Below, one piece after another: positions 1 through 13,010 of a DNA stretch of 60,047 nt. A program made the position numbers and the translations under genes. Positions within the stretch are counted from its first letter, which is position 1, and each line of letters starts with the position of its first letter. Under the pieces are notes generated by a model that searched no databases, was not told where the DNA came from, and saw only the letters and a program-made list of their open reading frames with translations. Origin of the DNA: Candidatus Micrarchaeota archaeon (lineage in GTDB: Archaea > Micrarchaeota > Micrarchaeia > Anstonellales > J096); assembly GCA_964467175.1 (NCBI GenBank), contig CAYXNY010000045.1, positions 1-60,047 of the forward strand. The letters run 5' to 3'.

Positions 1-2001
1 AACCCGAACGCGAAACATGTCAAGGCGGAGTGCGGCGGAGAATTATTCTACATCGCGAAGGATGCTTACGAAATTCTGAAAGAACAGAAGGATATGAAGG
101 TTGTGGAAGAGATGGATGGAAAATATTTCCTAGAAAAAAAATGTGCATCCCCTCTTGGGGACGAGGTTCCCATCTACCCGGCCACATTCGTAGACCCAGG
201 AGAAGGAACCGGGGTGGTGATGAGCGTTCCGGCCCATGCCCCTTTGGACTATCTGGCGATGCGGGATTTGGGAATAGAGGAGCTTAGGCAGGTAATAGAG
301 ATAAAAGGATACGGAAAATATCCTGCGAAGGAAATCGTTGAAAAACTCGGGGTGAAAAATCAGAACGACCCGAAGGCGGAGGATGCGACAAAAATAATAT
401 ACAAAGCAGAAGCCCATGAAGGAAAAATGGTTGTTTCTCCGTATGCCGGAATGCCCGTTGTTGAAGCGAAAGAAAGGATAAAGCAGGATCTGATAGAGCA
501 AGGAAATGCGTTCGCATTTTGGCATATTGCAAACGGGCCCATCCTGAGCAGGGCAGGAGACAGGGTTTTTGTAAAAATAGTAAAAGACCAGTGGTTCATA
601 AACTACGCGGACAGAGAGTGGAAGGAAAAGGCGAAGAAGTGGATGGAGAGTATGGTCGCCATCCCGGAAGAGGAAAAGAAAGACATGCTAGCTGCAATAG
701 ACTGGTTCAAGGAGAAGGCATGCACAAGGGCAAGAGGGCTTGGAACAGCGTTTCCATTTGAAAAAGGTCAGATGATAGAAGCGTTGAGCGATTCAACCCT
801 TTACATGATGTTCTATACGGTTGCGCACAGGATAAAGGAGATTCCTCCGGAAGAGCTTGCGGAAGAATTTTTCGATTCTCTCTTTTTAGGAAAAGGAAAA
901 AACAAAAAAGCGCTCGAACTAAGAAAGGAGTTTGATTACTGGTATCCTCTTGACTCTCGGCACAGCGCCGCAGACCTTATCAAAAACCACCTTCCATTTT
1001 TTGTTCTCAACCACGTTGCCGTCCTTCCGGAAAACTACTGGCCCAAGCAGATCGTTGTGAACGGGTTTGTGCTCATGGAAGGAAAAAAGATGAGCAAGAG
1101 CATGGGCAATATTCTTCCGCTGAGGAAGGCAGTAAGGGAATACGGGGCCGATGTTATACGGCTTTCTGTTGTCAGCGGTGCAGAGCTTCTGCAGGACACG
1201 GATTTCAACAGAACTGTTGCCGAAGGAATAAAATCCCGGCTTGCTTTTTTCTACGAGCTTTTGAAATACGGAAAAAATGAGGATAGGAGCAGGGCTGGAA
1301 GATGGCTTCTTTCAAGGCTGCATAGAAAGTTGAAAGACGCAAAAAACCTTTACGAAAGGTTTGAGCTGAGGCGGCTTTCTTTGGACTGGTTTTACGACAT
1401 GCACAAGGATGTTGCATGGTACCTCAAGCGCTCCTCTTCGCCGGGCCTGAAAGAATTTTTTGAGATATGGCCCGTTTTATTTTCTCCATTCATTCCGTAT
1501 TTTGCCGAAGAGGTTTGGCATCAGCTCGGAAACAAAACTTTTGTATGCCTTGAGAGGTTCCCTTCTCCGGATGAGAGGGCTGTTAATGATGAGCTGGAAA
1601 AGGCCGAAGAAGTAATAATGTCCATAAGAGAAGATATAGAGAACATTTCGAGGATAGTTGGAAAAAAGCCGAATAGAATATATGTTTATGTTGCGGGCGA
1701 AAAGAAAAGAATGGCATACGAAATTTTAAGGGAGAAGAAAAACATAGGGGAATTCATGAAGAGTGCGAAGGGAATAATGGACCCCGCAGCCCTCCAGCAG
1801 ATGGCGAAGGGTTTGATGAAGAAGGTTCATTCCCTCCCTCCTTCCATTCCGTTCTCTTCTGAGTTTGAGCATGTTGCGGAGGCAAAGGATTTTCTTTCAA
1901 AAGAGTTTGGAGCAGAGGTTTTTGTTCTAAGCGAAGAGGAGGGGAAGCATGAAAAGGCAAAGCAGGCGCTTCCGCTTAAACCGGCGATAGTGATCGAATG
2001 A
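1..2001 (+). CDS. leuS: Leucyl-tRNA synthetase, C-terminal ~666 codons (5' end lies upstream of window)
   Basis: Frame 1 is open from nt 1 and continuous with the 94..2001 ORF. Class-I aaRS KMSKS loop is present (GKKMSKSMGN). Size and architecture fit an archaeal LeuRS C-terminal part. Confidence 0.9.
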   Translation, partial: NPNAKHVKAECGGELFYIAKDAYEILKEQKDMKVVEEMDGKYFLEKKCASPLGDEVPIYPATFVDPGEGTGVVMSVPAHAPLDYLAMRDLGIEELRQVIEIKGYGKYPAKEIVEKLGVKNQNDPKAEDATKIIYKAEAHEGKMVVSPYAGMPVVEAKERIKQDLIEQGNAFAFWHIANGPILSRAGDRVFVKIVKDQWFINYADREWKEKAKKWMESMVAIPEEEKKDMLAAIDWFKEKACTRARGLGTAFPFEKGQMIEALSDSTLYMMFYTVAHRIKEIPPEELAEEFFDSLFLGKGKNKKALELRKEFDYWYPLDSRHSAADLIKNHLPFFVLNHVAVLPENYWPKQIVVNGFVLMEGKKMSKSMGNILPLRKAVREYGADVIRLSVVSGAELLQDTDFNRTVAEGIKSRLAFFYELLKYGKNEDRSRAGRWLLSRLHRKLKDAKNLYERFELRRLSLDWFYDMHKDVAWYLKRSSSPGLKEFFEIWPVLFSPFIPYFAEEVWHQLGNKTFVCLERFPSPDERAVNDELEKAEEVIMSIREDIENISRIVGKKPNRIYVYVAGEKKRMAYEILREKKNIGEFMKSAKGIMDPAALQQMAKGLMKKVHSLPPSIPFSSEFEHVAEAKDFLSKEFGAEVFVLSEEEGKHEKAKQALPLKPAIVIE

Positions 2002-3008
2002 TAGGCATAAAAGTAAAAAAAGAAAAAGCAGAAAAAATAAGAAAAAAGCTCATCTCCGAAAATGCGCTTTCGAATGATTTTATTCCTTTTTCAACCGGAG
2101 ATTATGTCTTTTTTCCTTTGAGCAAAGAAGTAAAAATTAAGGATGCGTATATTGTTGATGTAAATTTCAAAAAATCCGTCCGCAGGCCGCGTTCTCTTGA
2201 GGAGGCGCTCGATGAGATGGGAATATACGCAAAGGGAATCCTCTCCTCATTTGATATAATAGGAGATATCGCAATAGTTGAAATCCCGGATGCTTTGAAA
2301 GAAAAAGAAAAGGAAATCGGAGCGGCAATAATGAAGATCCACCCGAATGTTAAAACTGTTCTGAAAAAAGAAGGGCCGATGGCAGGAGAATTTAGGGTAA
2401 GGAAGTTCGGGTTTGTTGCTGGAAAAAGAACAACGAAAACCATCTACAAGGAGAATAATGTGAAGATGCACATGGATGTGGCGAGGGTTTATTTCTCCCC
2501 CCGCCTAAGCTATGAACGGGCAAGGATCGCGAGGAAGGTGAAGAAAAACGAGAAGGTGCTCGCTCTTTTTGCGGGCATAGGGCCATTTCCACTCGTAATA
2601 AAAAAACAAAAACCGGAAACAGAAATTGTTGCGGTAGAGATAAATCCCGAAGCAATTAAATACATGAAAAAAAACATGAAATTAAACAACTTGGATTTTG
2701 AAGTTATTGAGGGGGATGTTGCAAAAGTTCTTAAAGAGAAGAGATTTCAAGGATGGGCTGACAGGATTCTTATGCCCCTTCCAAGAGGGGGGGAGCATTT
2801 TCTAAAAAATGTTTTTGATGCCGCAAAAGACGGAACGATAGTTCATTTCTACACGTTCGCCTCCCTTCCATTTCCGCTGGATGACGCTGAGGATAAAGTT
2901 AAACGGTATCTGCCGGGAAATAGCTATAAAATAATCGAAAAAAGAATAGTCCGGCCTTTCGCGCCGAGAATAGTCCAGGTTGTTCTTGACATCAGAATTA
3001 TTAAATGA
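1998..3008 (+). CDS. trm5: tRNA (guanine37-N1)-methyltransferase, Trm5/Taw22 (Met-10+ like) family
   Basis: 336 aa. SAM-MTase core with the FAGIGPFPL motif typical of Trm5. ATGA overlap with the leuS stop (1998-2001). Confidence 0.8.
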   Translation: MIGIKVKKEKAEKIRKKLISENALSNDFIPFSTGDYVFFPLSKEVKIKDAYIVDVNFKKSVRRPRSLEEALDEMGIYAKGILSSFDIIGDIAIVEIPDALKEKEKEIGAAIMKIHPNVKTVLKKEGPMAGEFRVRKFGFVAGKRTTKTIYKENNVKMHMDVARVYFSPRLSYERARIARKVKKNEKVLALFAGIGPFPLVIKKQKPETEIVAVEINPEAIKYMKKNMKLNNLDFEVIEGDVAKVLKEKRFQGWADRILMPLPRGGEHFLKNVFDAAKDGTIVHFYTFASLPFPLDDAEDKVKRYLPGNSYKIIEKRIVRPFAPRIVQVVLDIRIIK

Positions 3009-3864
3009 AATAATTTACTGCTGCAACTCCATAAGCGACCAAATATGCGAGCGCAATTCCCAATGTTATGGGTGGAATTGCCGGAATTGTTTTTCTCTGC
3101 GTATAAAGGATGAATATCATAATCCAGAAGCCGACCAGCGCTCCTATAAATCCGGTCAGCATTGCACTCACTCCTATTTTGTATGCAGCAACCTCAACCA
3201 TTATTGGGGCAAGAAAATCGCCGGTTCCTATATCTATCCTTTCCTTTTTCGGCTTTCCTTCTACAATCACAGTTCTCTCCTGAGAAACAGTAAACGCCAC
3301 ATCCCTTTTTATTATTTCATTGGCCATCGTAACCATGTGTTTTGTTCTGAAAACGGCTATGTAATCGTAGATTGCCAGGAGAAGCAAAAAAAGAAAGGCG
3401 GCTCCGAGCGAAAGCGAAAATCCGAAAACAGCGCCCGCCCCTGCGGTTGCTACAACCGCGACAAAGTTTTTCCATTTTTTCGTAACCATCCTCGCGGTTC
3501 CCACCGCCAGCCCGCAGAGAACAGAGCCAGCCATCGCAGTTTCAACCTGCAAGAACGGCCGGACAAAAGAATACACGACTATTGAAGTTGCCATGGAAAT
3601 GATTCCAAACTCGATCAACCTGAAAAGCAGTTCCCCCTTGTAAAATTTTATAAGGACGAGCATGACTGCAGCGCCGATGAGAATGTAGAGCATCACCTGG
3701 AGCGAAGCGAGCGGAGACTGCCCCTCTTCAACGATTTTCATCTCCCTTATTACTTCATTTGTTTTCGCATCCTCGGTAATGAATGCGCCCGCGTACATCC
3801 CCAAAATCTGCGCAACAACGAAAAGAAGAAACACCCTTTTTATCAAACTAACCCCTTTCCGCAA
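3001..3864 (-). CDS. Presenilin/signal-peptide-peptidase-like GxGD intramembrane aspartyl protease (archaeal PSH type)
   Basis: Polytopic 287 aa. YD motif (LLAIYDYIAV), GxGD motif (IGTGDFLAP) and a PAL-like motif (PAIPPI) occur in the expected order. Confidence 0.75.
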   Translation of the reverse strand: MRKGVSLIKRVFLLFVVAQILGMYAGAFITEDAKTNEVIREMKIVEEGQSPLASLQVMLYILIGAAVMLVLIKFYKGELLFRLIEFGIISMATSIVVYSFVRPFLQVETAMAGSVLCGLAVGTARMVTKKWKNFVAVVATAGAGAVFGFSLSLGAAFLFLLLLAIYDYIAVFRTKHMVTMANEIIKRDVAFTVSQERTVIVEGKPKKERIDIGTGDFLAPIMVEVAAYKIGVSAMLTGFIGALVGFWIMIFILYTQRKTIPAIPPITLGIALAYLVAYGVAAVNYFI

Positions 3865-5896
3865 GCTTCACATGCCCCTGCTTCGGGCGGTAGATCACTC
3901 CTTTCCTTTCCAGCTCCTCAACTATCTTATCAACCTTGTATCTGTCAATTTCGTATCTCTCAGCTTCTTCATAGATGAGCTCAACCCCTACTTCATCGAA
4001 TTTTGAATTCAGCTCCCTTATTATCTCAAGCACCGTAGCTGCTTTTTCCCTTTCGGAATGGCTCCTTCCGGTGCTTATTATGTCCACATCCAGCTTCCCG
4101 GTTTCCCTGTCCATCATCGCCTGCTCCATCATGTATTTCATCAGATCTATCGCGGCTTGCGCATCCTTTTTCTCAACATCGTTGCTGAGCCTCATCTTTG
4201 CGTTTGCCTCCGCAAGCCTTATCAGCCCCTCAAGATACCGGGGCGTTATTGCAACGCTTCCCTGCTTCTGGCCCATCCCCCTCAGCTCAACATAAAATTC
4301 CTTTATCAAATCCGCGGCTTCCTTTGTAAGCTTCGGCCGTATGTTCCTCCTTGCATATGCGATATATTTTCTTAACAGCTCGGTTTCTATGGGCGGGCTT
4401 GCCATCTCCTCCGTCTGCATGGATTCCATGTGCAGTCTCAGGATGTGGCTTGCGAGCTTCTCATCCTTTGCGGTGTCAAGCACATCTATTATTGGGAAAA
4501 GAAGGTCGAACCTCGAAAGAAGGGACGGAGGGACGTCAAACTGCTCTGGAATGTTTTTCGTCTGCTGGAACCTCCCGAACCTAGGGTTCGCGGCCGCGAT
4601 TATTGCTGTTTTCGCCTTGAACCGGGCGACTATTCCGGCCTTTGCCACGCTTACTGTCTGGCTTTCCATCACTTCATGCAGCGCCCCCCGGTCGTCCTCG
4701 TTTATCTTGTCAAACTCATCTATCGCGGCTAGCCCGCCGCTTGCGAGAACAAGCGCTCCTGCCTTCAGCGTCCAGCCGCCTTCTCCCAGCTCGTCCTTTT
4801 CTGCGCTCGCGGTAAGCCCGACTCCCGACACACTTTTTCCGCTTACATATATGCTTTTCGGCGCTATCTTGTCAACCTGCAGCAAGAATCTCGTTTTCGC
4901 AATTCCAGGGTCGCCGACGAGCAGGATGTGGATATCATCCCTTATATGCGCGCCGCTTTTTGTAAGTTTGTCCTTAGTTCCCCCAAAAAGTTGCAGCGCG
5001 ATTCCTTTTTTGATTTCAGTGTACCCGTATATATCCGGGGCAACAGAGCTCACTATCCTCTCTTCGATATCCGGCATGCTCGCGAGTTCGAGTATTTTTT
5101 TCTCATCCTCCTTGCTTATATCCACCTCTTCAAAATCTTTCTGCAACGGCTTTATGTGAACTGTGTCAAGGTATCTTGAGAATATAAGCTCCCTCTTTCC
5201 GGTAGTTTTCAGCGGAGGCATCAGCCTCAGTATTCCGGTTATTTCTATATTCTGCCCCGGGACAACAGAATTCACCAGGTCATCCTCCATGACTATATGG
5301 AGCTTCGCGGCCGGCGTACCGCTCCTCACCCTCTCCAGCAGGTCTTGAATCTCCGCCCTCTGCAGGTCCACAAACTTGCTCTCATCTATCATCTGGCTGA
5401 GGCTTCCCTTTTTGCACAGAGGACATCTGCCCGGAGGGGCGAAGTCCCTTGTGACATGGAACCTGAATATCTCATCGCACGCCTGGCATTTGTAAACAGC
5501 CACGCTTACCTTATGCATCACTTCCGCCCTTCTTGTGATGATCCCTTTGAAGGTAATCAGCTTGTTTATGCTATTGGAATCTATCTGCTCTATGAGCATG
5601 TCGCTTTCTGGAAGGTTGTAAAACCGAACATGGGGCGCGAACTTCATTTCTGTTGGGAGGGCGAACTCCATTTCCTGTATCTTTTCCTCAGCCGCCTTTA
5701 TCGTGCTGTCCGGCTCGTTTATCAGAAAGTCCGCGAGCGCAGGGTCGTATTTTTCAACATCCCGGTAGTCTATTTCAAGGCTTCGCTTTCCGGGGTAGGT
5801 TGAGAGGAGCCGGTTTATCTGCTCCTTGTATTTCTTTATAGAATAGAGCTCTTCGAATGCATTCTTTATGTTTGTCAGGTCAAGTTCCTCTGCCAT
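3848..5896 (-). CDS. mcm: MCM replicative helicase
   Basis: 682 aa. Zn-finger CQAC...CPLC, Walker A LLVGDPGIAKT, Walker B IDEFDK, arginine finger SRFDL and a C-terminal winged helix. No intein-sized insertion. Confidence 0.95.
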   Translation of the reverse strand: MAEELDLTNIKNAFEELYSIKKYKEQINRLLSTYPGKRSLEIDYRDVEKYDPALADFLINEPDSTIKAAEEKIQEMEFALPTEMKFAPHVRFYNLPESDMLIEQIDSNSINKLITFKGIITRRAEVMHKVSVAVYKCQACDEIFRFHVTRDFAPPGRCPLCKKGSLSQMIDESKFVDLQRAEIQDLLERVRSGTPAAKLHIVMEDDLVNSVVPGQNIEITGILRLMPPLKTTGKRELIFSRYLDTVHIKPLQKDFEEVDISKEDEKKILELASMPDIEERIVSSVAPDIYGYTEIKKGIALQLFGGTKDKLTKSGAHIRDDIHILLVGDPGIAKTRFLLQVDKIAPKSIYVSGKSVSGVGLTASAEKDELGEGGWTLKAGALVLASGGLAAIDEFDKINEDDRGALHEVMESQTVSVAKAGIVARFKAKTAIIAAANPRFGRFQQTKNIPEQFDVPPSLLSRFDLLFPIIDVLDTAKDEKLASHILRLHMESMQTEEMASPPIETELLRKYIAYARRNIRPKLTKEAADLIKEFYVELRGMGQKQGSVAITPRYLEGLIRLAEANAKMRLSNDVEKKDAQAAIDLMKYMMEQAMMDRETGKLDVDIISTGRSHSEREKAATVLEIIRELNSKFDEVGVELIYEEAERYEIDRYKVDKIVEELERKGVIYRPKQGHVKLAERG

Positions 5897-5996
5897 GCTC
5901 TCCCCGTAGCCCTACTTTTCTGTGCATTTGTTTTTAAAATCTACTGGGCCTCACTTCCACTATTTTTTAAACCTTTCGCCCCTCTCATTTTTAAAA

Positions 5997-6018
5997 AAGT
6001 TGCCTCGGAATTTTTGAC
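5997..6018 (+). repeat. Partial (22-nt) copy of the AAGTTGCCTCRGAATTTTTGAC element
   Basis: aaagttgcctcggaatttttgac matches the first part of the 7228..7290 element with one transition. It lies just 3' of the TPR gene. Confidence 0.6.
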
Positions 6019-6024
6019 AATTAT

Positions 6025-7200
6025 TCAAAGCTTCATCAGGATCTCGTACCTCTCGTCCTCGCTCAAATTCAGCGAGAGGAGAAGCTCCTTCATTATTCTG
6101 TATCTGCTCTCTTTATCGTAGAGGGCCGAGAGTTTTTTTGAGAATATTTTTATCAGCGCAAACCTTAATTTCCTCAGCAAGGTGAGCACGGATTGAAACT
6201 CCCCTTCGCCTTTTTTCATAAACTCCTCCGCCTTCTCCATCTCCTGCGTTCCTAATATGGACACAACCCGCTTGTTCCTGAGCAGGCCGAGTTTTTTTAT
6301 AATCTTCACAATTTCCGGGGTTCCTATTGTTGCAGATGAGAAGTCCGCAATAGCACTATCTACCGCCTTTATGCCCTCCACGTCTATGCTGAGCAGGTTT
6401 GAAAATTTTATTTTTTCCGGAGGAACCTCCAATATCTCCTCCCTGAATCTTTCCACTATGCTCCTTGTATAAGGTGGCAGGAGGGTTGTGTCTATCTTCC
6501 CGTCTTTTTTGAAGCTTTTTATGAATCCAAGCGTGTCATCGTTCACATCCCTGATAAAAAATAGTAGAAGCGCTTCCCATTTCAATCTATCGCTTTTTCC
6601 AGTGTATTCATCAAATTCTTTCTTTTCGAACATCCTTTCATACAGGTCCTTTATCCTCATCGCAATCAATCTACTTGACTGAAAATCGCCGAACCTTTTC
6701 CTCAGCTCCTCTAATTTTTCCGGCTCTATCGGATAGTCCTTGAGCATGTTGTATATGTCTATTAGTGTAGGGTCCGGAAAGAACGAGTAGATATCCTTGT
6801 CCTCCTTCTCCATTTCCACATAGATATCCATGGATATGAATGAAACATCCCCCTCCAAAAGATCCGAATTGTTATAAACGTAATTATATTCCTCAACAGC
6901 CCTTTTCTCCTCCCCCAGCGATGAATAAACCATCGCAAGCTTGTAATGAGCCTTTATATTGTCCGGCTCCTTGTCCACCACTTTCAACAGGTCCTCCTTT
7001 GCTTTTTTCAGGTAAACATCCCTCTCTTCCAGAACCCTTGTTGAGAGTTTGTAGTATGTTGTTGCGCGGTTGTAAAGAACCTCAGGGTCCTCCTCAAAAT
7101 TAACAGCCAAATCATAAGCTAAGTTTGCGTTTTTGTAATCGTTGTTCGCATAGAAAAGATTTCCCGCCGCGTTGAACACCCTTGCATCCAATGTTTCCAT
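6025..7200 (-). CDS. TPR-repeat protein, function unknown
   Basis: 391 aa. The N-terminal ~110 aa show TPR-like periodicity (AxxYxxAxxxxP, e.g. NANLAYDLAVNFEEDPE, AHYKLAMVYSSLGE). The remainder is acidic and helical. Confidence 0.5.
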   Translation of the reverse strand: METLDARVFNAAGNLFYANNDYKNANLAYDLAVNFEEDPEVLYNRATTYYKLSTRVLEERDVYLKKAKEDLLKVVDKEPDNIKAHYKLAMVYSSLGEEKRAVEEYNYVYNNSDLLEGDVSFISMDIYVEMEKEDKDIYSFFPDPTLIDIYNMLKDYPIEPEKLEELRKRFGDFQSSRLIAMRIKDLYERMFEKKEFDEYTGKSDRLKWEALLLFFIRDVNDDTLGFIKSFKKDGKIDTTLLPPYTRSIVERFREEILEVPPEKIKFSNLLSIDVEGIKAVDSAIADFSSATIGTPEIVKIIKKLGLLRNKRVVSILGTQEMEKAEEFMKKGEGEFQSVLTLLRKLRFALIKIFSKKLSALYDKESRYRIMKELLLSLNLSEDERYEILMKL

Positions 7201-7227
7201 GCTCTTTTAATTTAGCGAAAAATCTTT

Positions 7228-7290
7228 TAAAGTTGCCTCAGAATTTTTGACTGCATGGGTGTCAAGAAATCCATGGCCTTTAGGCCGTGG
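7228..7290 (+). repeat. 64-nt element with terminal hairpin (copy 1); possible left end of a decayed IS200/IS605-type element
   Basis: ttaaagttgcctcagaatttttgactgcatgggtgtcaagaaatccatggcctttaggccgtgg. Its reverse complement recurs at 21918..21981 with 4 transitions. It contains the hairpin ccatggcc-ttta-ggccgtgg and sits upstream of the TnpB-like relic. Confidence 0.6.
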
Positions 7291-7438
7291 ATGAATTACC
7301 GCACCTCCGGAATCGAGGCCTCCAAGGCTTTATAAAGCATTTTTCAGACGTATTTTCATGAGAATACGCTCCTAGAAATTTCGTCTCTACCCATCAAAGC
7401 TTCAGGAAAAGCAGATGAACGAACATCTGTACAGTTGA

Positions 7439-8200
7439 AAAGAGCTATGGAATTCTCTTCTTGAATACACAAAAAACTTCTACAGACGAACAGGAAAGTT
7501 CCCAACAAGAAAACAATTATACCTGCAAACAAAAGGAACACTGTTGTTCTCTCAGGTCGCACAGAACATAGCAGACAGATTGTTCAAGTGCATAAGAGGA
7601 ATGGTTCTTAGAAAAAAGGCAGGAATTAAGGCAGGCTTTCCAAGGTTCAAATCAACCGAAAGGGTGAAATCCTTCACCTACCCACAGTTTGGGTTCAAAT
7701 TAGATGAAAAGCTTGAACTCTCAGGAATAGGAAAGGTTTCAATAAAAAAACACAGAGAGGTTAAAGGATATTCGCTCGGAGAAACAGGAAAAACAAAAAG
7801 GATATGGCTGGCTAGGGAGGTTCTTGCGGATGAGGTTAAAAAGAATGGAGGGAGGATATGCGGGAGAAGAAAGGGTTGGTATTTTGAATCGTCCGTAGGA
7901 GTAGACCACAAAAAGCTAAAGGAAGCTGAAGAGGTGTACGGATTTACATATAGAAAAATTCAAAGGATAAAGGACTATGGCAGGTTTATGCTTATTGATG
8001 AGAGGATGGTTGTATTCTACTCTGGGAATGTTGGGTTTGTGTATCACGGCGGGCTTGGAGAGTTGATAATGAATTTAGTCATGTTGAAAATAGATGCGCC
8101 AAAAAGATTGAACATGAGAATAGATTCTATTCTAAAAAGTATTATAAAGGCGATAGATGAGGCTCACAAGAAAGCGCCGATGATTCCTGCGAGCGAATAG
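7439..8200 (+). pseudogene. TnpB (IS200/IS605 OrfB, RNA-guided nuclease family) relic, truncated/degenerate
   Basis: The frame is open from 7439 with no start codon. The translation ...EYTKNFYRRTGKFPTRKQLY...SQVAQNIADRLFKCIRG...GFPRFKSTERVKSFTYPQFGFKLDEKLELSGIGKVSIKKHREVKG matches the conserved N-terminal half of TnpB/OrfB. The ORF is only ~250 codons against ~400 expected, the C-terminal RuvC/Zn part is not recognisable, and upstream codons are in another frame. Confidence 0.55.
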
Positions 8201-8961
8201 ATCAAACCCTCAAACGGAGAAAAAAGAAGCGTCCCGTGGTTTACTGCCTTGCAGTCGGAAATGAAATCCGAATGAACATCAACAGCAAACCCCGCCTCCT
8301 GCCTAACAACAGAGCTGGATTGGGACTGGGCGTATATTTTTCCGGCGAATAGCTCCTCCTCGCCATAAACAATTTCATAGGTTACGCTCTTATTGCTTCT
8401 GGGGGGCACATAAACCGGTTTTGAGAACTCCCATCCAAGAACTCCTTGTGAAGAAATTATGAGAATATCGCCGGAATCAACCTTGTTTTCTATTGTTATG
8501 GTAAAAACAGCTGGCTGGTCTATCCCGACCGTCTGCTTCTGGGGTTTGACGGAAAGGCCCAGGGTGTCGTGCGTTATTTCAACCATTACAAAAAATCTAT
8601 ACACTCCGAGAAGCTCGCCATTCCCTTCGTCCTCAACGTTTATTTCTATCGTGTAATTTCCTTCTTTTGCATCCGGCGGGGAGGTAAGGGAAACCTGCAG
8701 AGGATTTCCGTATATCTTGCTCGGGGTGGATTTCCATTTAGGGGGAAGGGCCCATGCGTACGCATAATCGTAATTCCCTCCTCTTCCGAACTTTCCTCCT
8801 TCAAAAACCTTTGGGTATACCTCAACGGCTATCGTTTGCCCCGGGCCTATCTTTCCGATATAAACTGTTTCATTTTCAGAAATTTCCCTTATTACCGGGG
8901 ATACCAGCTGGATGGAAAAAAGAAGGTGAAAAAACAAAAACAAAGCAACAATTTTTTTCAT
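8164..8961 (-). CDS. Secreted/anchored beta-rich surface protein, unknown function
   Basis: 265 aa. N-terminal signal-like helix MKKIVALFLFFHLLFSIQL, a C-terminal hydrophobic anchor GLIYSLAGIIGAFL, and Ig/CARDB-like beta-strand-rich composition. Confidence 0.45.
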   Translation of the reverse strand: MKKIVALFLFFHLLFSIQLVSPVIREISENETVYIGKIGPGQTIAVEVYPKVFEGGKFGRGGNYDYAYAWALPPKWKSTPSKIYGNPLQVSLTSPPDAKEGNYTIEINVEDEGNGELLGVYRFFVMVEITHDTLGLSVKPQKQTVGIDQPAVFTITIENKVDSGDILIISSQGVLGWEFSKPVYVPPRSNKSVTYEIVYGEEELFAGKIYAQSQSSSVVRQEAGFAVDVHSDFISDCKAVNHGTLLFSPFEGLIYSLAGIIGAFL

Positions 8962-9005
8962 GCTGTTTGTTGATGCGTTTAAATTTAAATAACTTTCCCT
9001 CTGCT

Positions 9006-9434
9006 CTACGCCTCTTCTAGGTCTCCCTGCTCCTGGCCGTGCCTCCCATGTTCGTGCCCGCCCTTTTCTCTCACCTTTTCTTTGTATCTTTCTTCCAGCG
9101 GCTTTTTGCCCTCAGCCTCTTCTGCCTTTCTCCTATAATACCCGGCCTGGAACATCAAAGCAGACAGAATGATCAGAGTCACTGGAACGCCGAGGTAAAG
9201 TATTGGAAGGATAAGGGTCGCAAAATCCCTTTTTATATCTTCAAACTGAGGCGGAACATACGCCGCGCACTGGGATTTTATTTTGTTTAGGTCGTTGTTT
9301 GCGACAAAGTCAACAATCGCGCTTAGAACTGTGCCTGAAAACACGAGCACTGCGTAAACGCAACCCAGTATTATAACTATTCCTATTCCAAGAAATATCC
9401 AGCTCAAAAGCTTCTCTTTCATGCGCTCACCCAT
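9006..9434 (-). CDS. Small membrane protein (2-3 TM) with charged C-terminal tail
   Basis: 142 aa with two or three long hydrophobic segments followed by a K/E/H-rich tail. No recognisable family. Confidence 0.4.
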   Translation of the reverse strand: MGERMKEKLLSWIFLGIGIVIILGCVYAVLVFSGTVLSAIVDFVANNDLNKIKSQCAAYVPPQFEDIKRDFATLILPILYLGVPVTLIILSALMFQAGYYRRKAEEAEGKKPLEERYKEKVREKGGHEHGRHGQEQGDLEEA

Positions 9435-9497
9435 GTAAAATTAAATGGTTGGGTATAAAAATGTTTGCTAGTTTTTGAGAAGAAAATAAATCATCGG

Positions 9498-9527
9498 AAG
9501 AAGAGCGAGCGTACAAGTTTAGATATA
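9498..9527 (-). other. 3' half of 23S rRNA processing stem
   Basis: gaagaagagcgagcgtacaagtttagatat is the inverted complement of 12705..12736 (helices gaagagcgagc/gctcgctcttc and aagttta.gatat/atatc.taaactt) with an unpaired centre. This is the usual archaeal pre-rRNA processing helix. Confidence 0.6.
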
Positions 9528-9530
9528 TTG

Positions 9531-12704
<3,174 letters not shown>

Positions 12705-12736
12705 ATATCCTTAAACTTCTGATATGCTCGCTCTTC
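12705..12736 (-). other. 5' half of 23S rRNA processing stem
   Basis: Inverted complement of 9498..9527 (see that feature). Confidence 0.6.
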
Positions 12737-13010
12737 ATCCTCATTACCATCCATCTATGCGAAAGATGAACCGCCATAGACAAACTGCAACGGCAGGCTT
12801 AATTTTATTGATAAAGGGGTTTATAAATCTATCGGAGAGTAATCGCTCAAAAAATTCCATTCGCCACGCGGTAAAAACAAAAAATCAACGCAGGCGAGAG
12901 CAATGCATTTGTTTGAGATTGCCGGGCAATCTTAAGCGAGTAGTTTTACTATTATCGGGAAGTAGTTTTCAAGATAATTTGCAACACCATTCATCTCAAT
13001 TAATCATTCT

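Noticed and set aside
4341-5159. 272-aa plus-strand ORF, and several others between 3975 and 5841
   Set aside because: All are antisense to mcm, whose motifs are unambiguous. The translations are serine-rich and low-complexity.
7258-7345. GC-richer intergenic stretch with ggccgtggat... considered as a 5S rRNA or other stable RNA
   Set aside because: It lacks the conserved 5S loop sequences and a complete fold. The similarity is limited to about 12 nt. It is better explained as part of the IS-end-like element.
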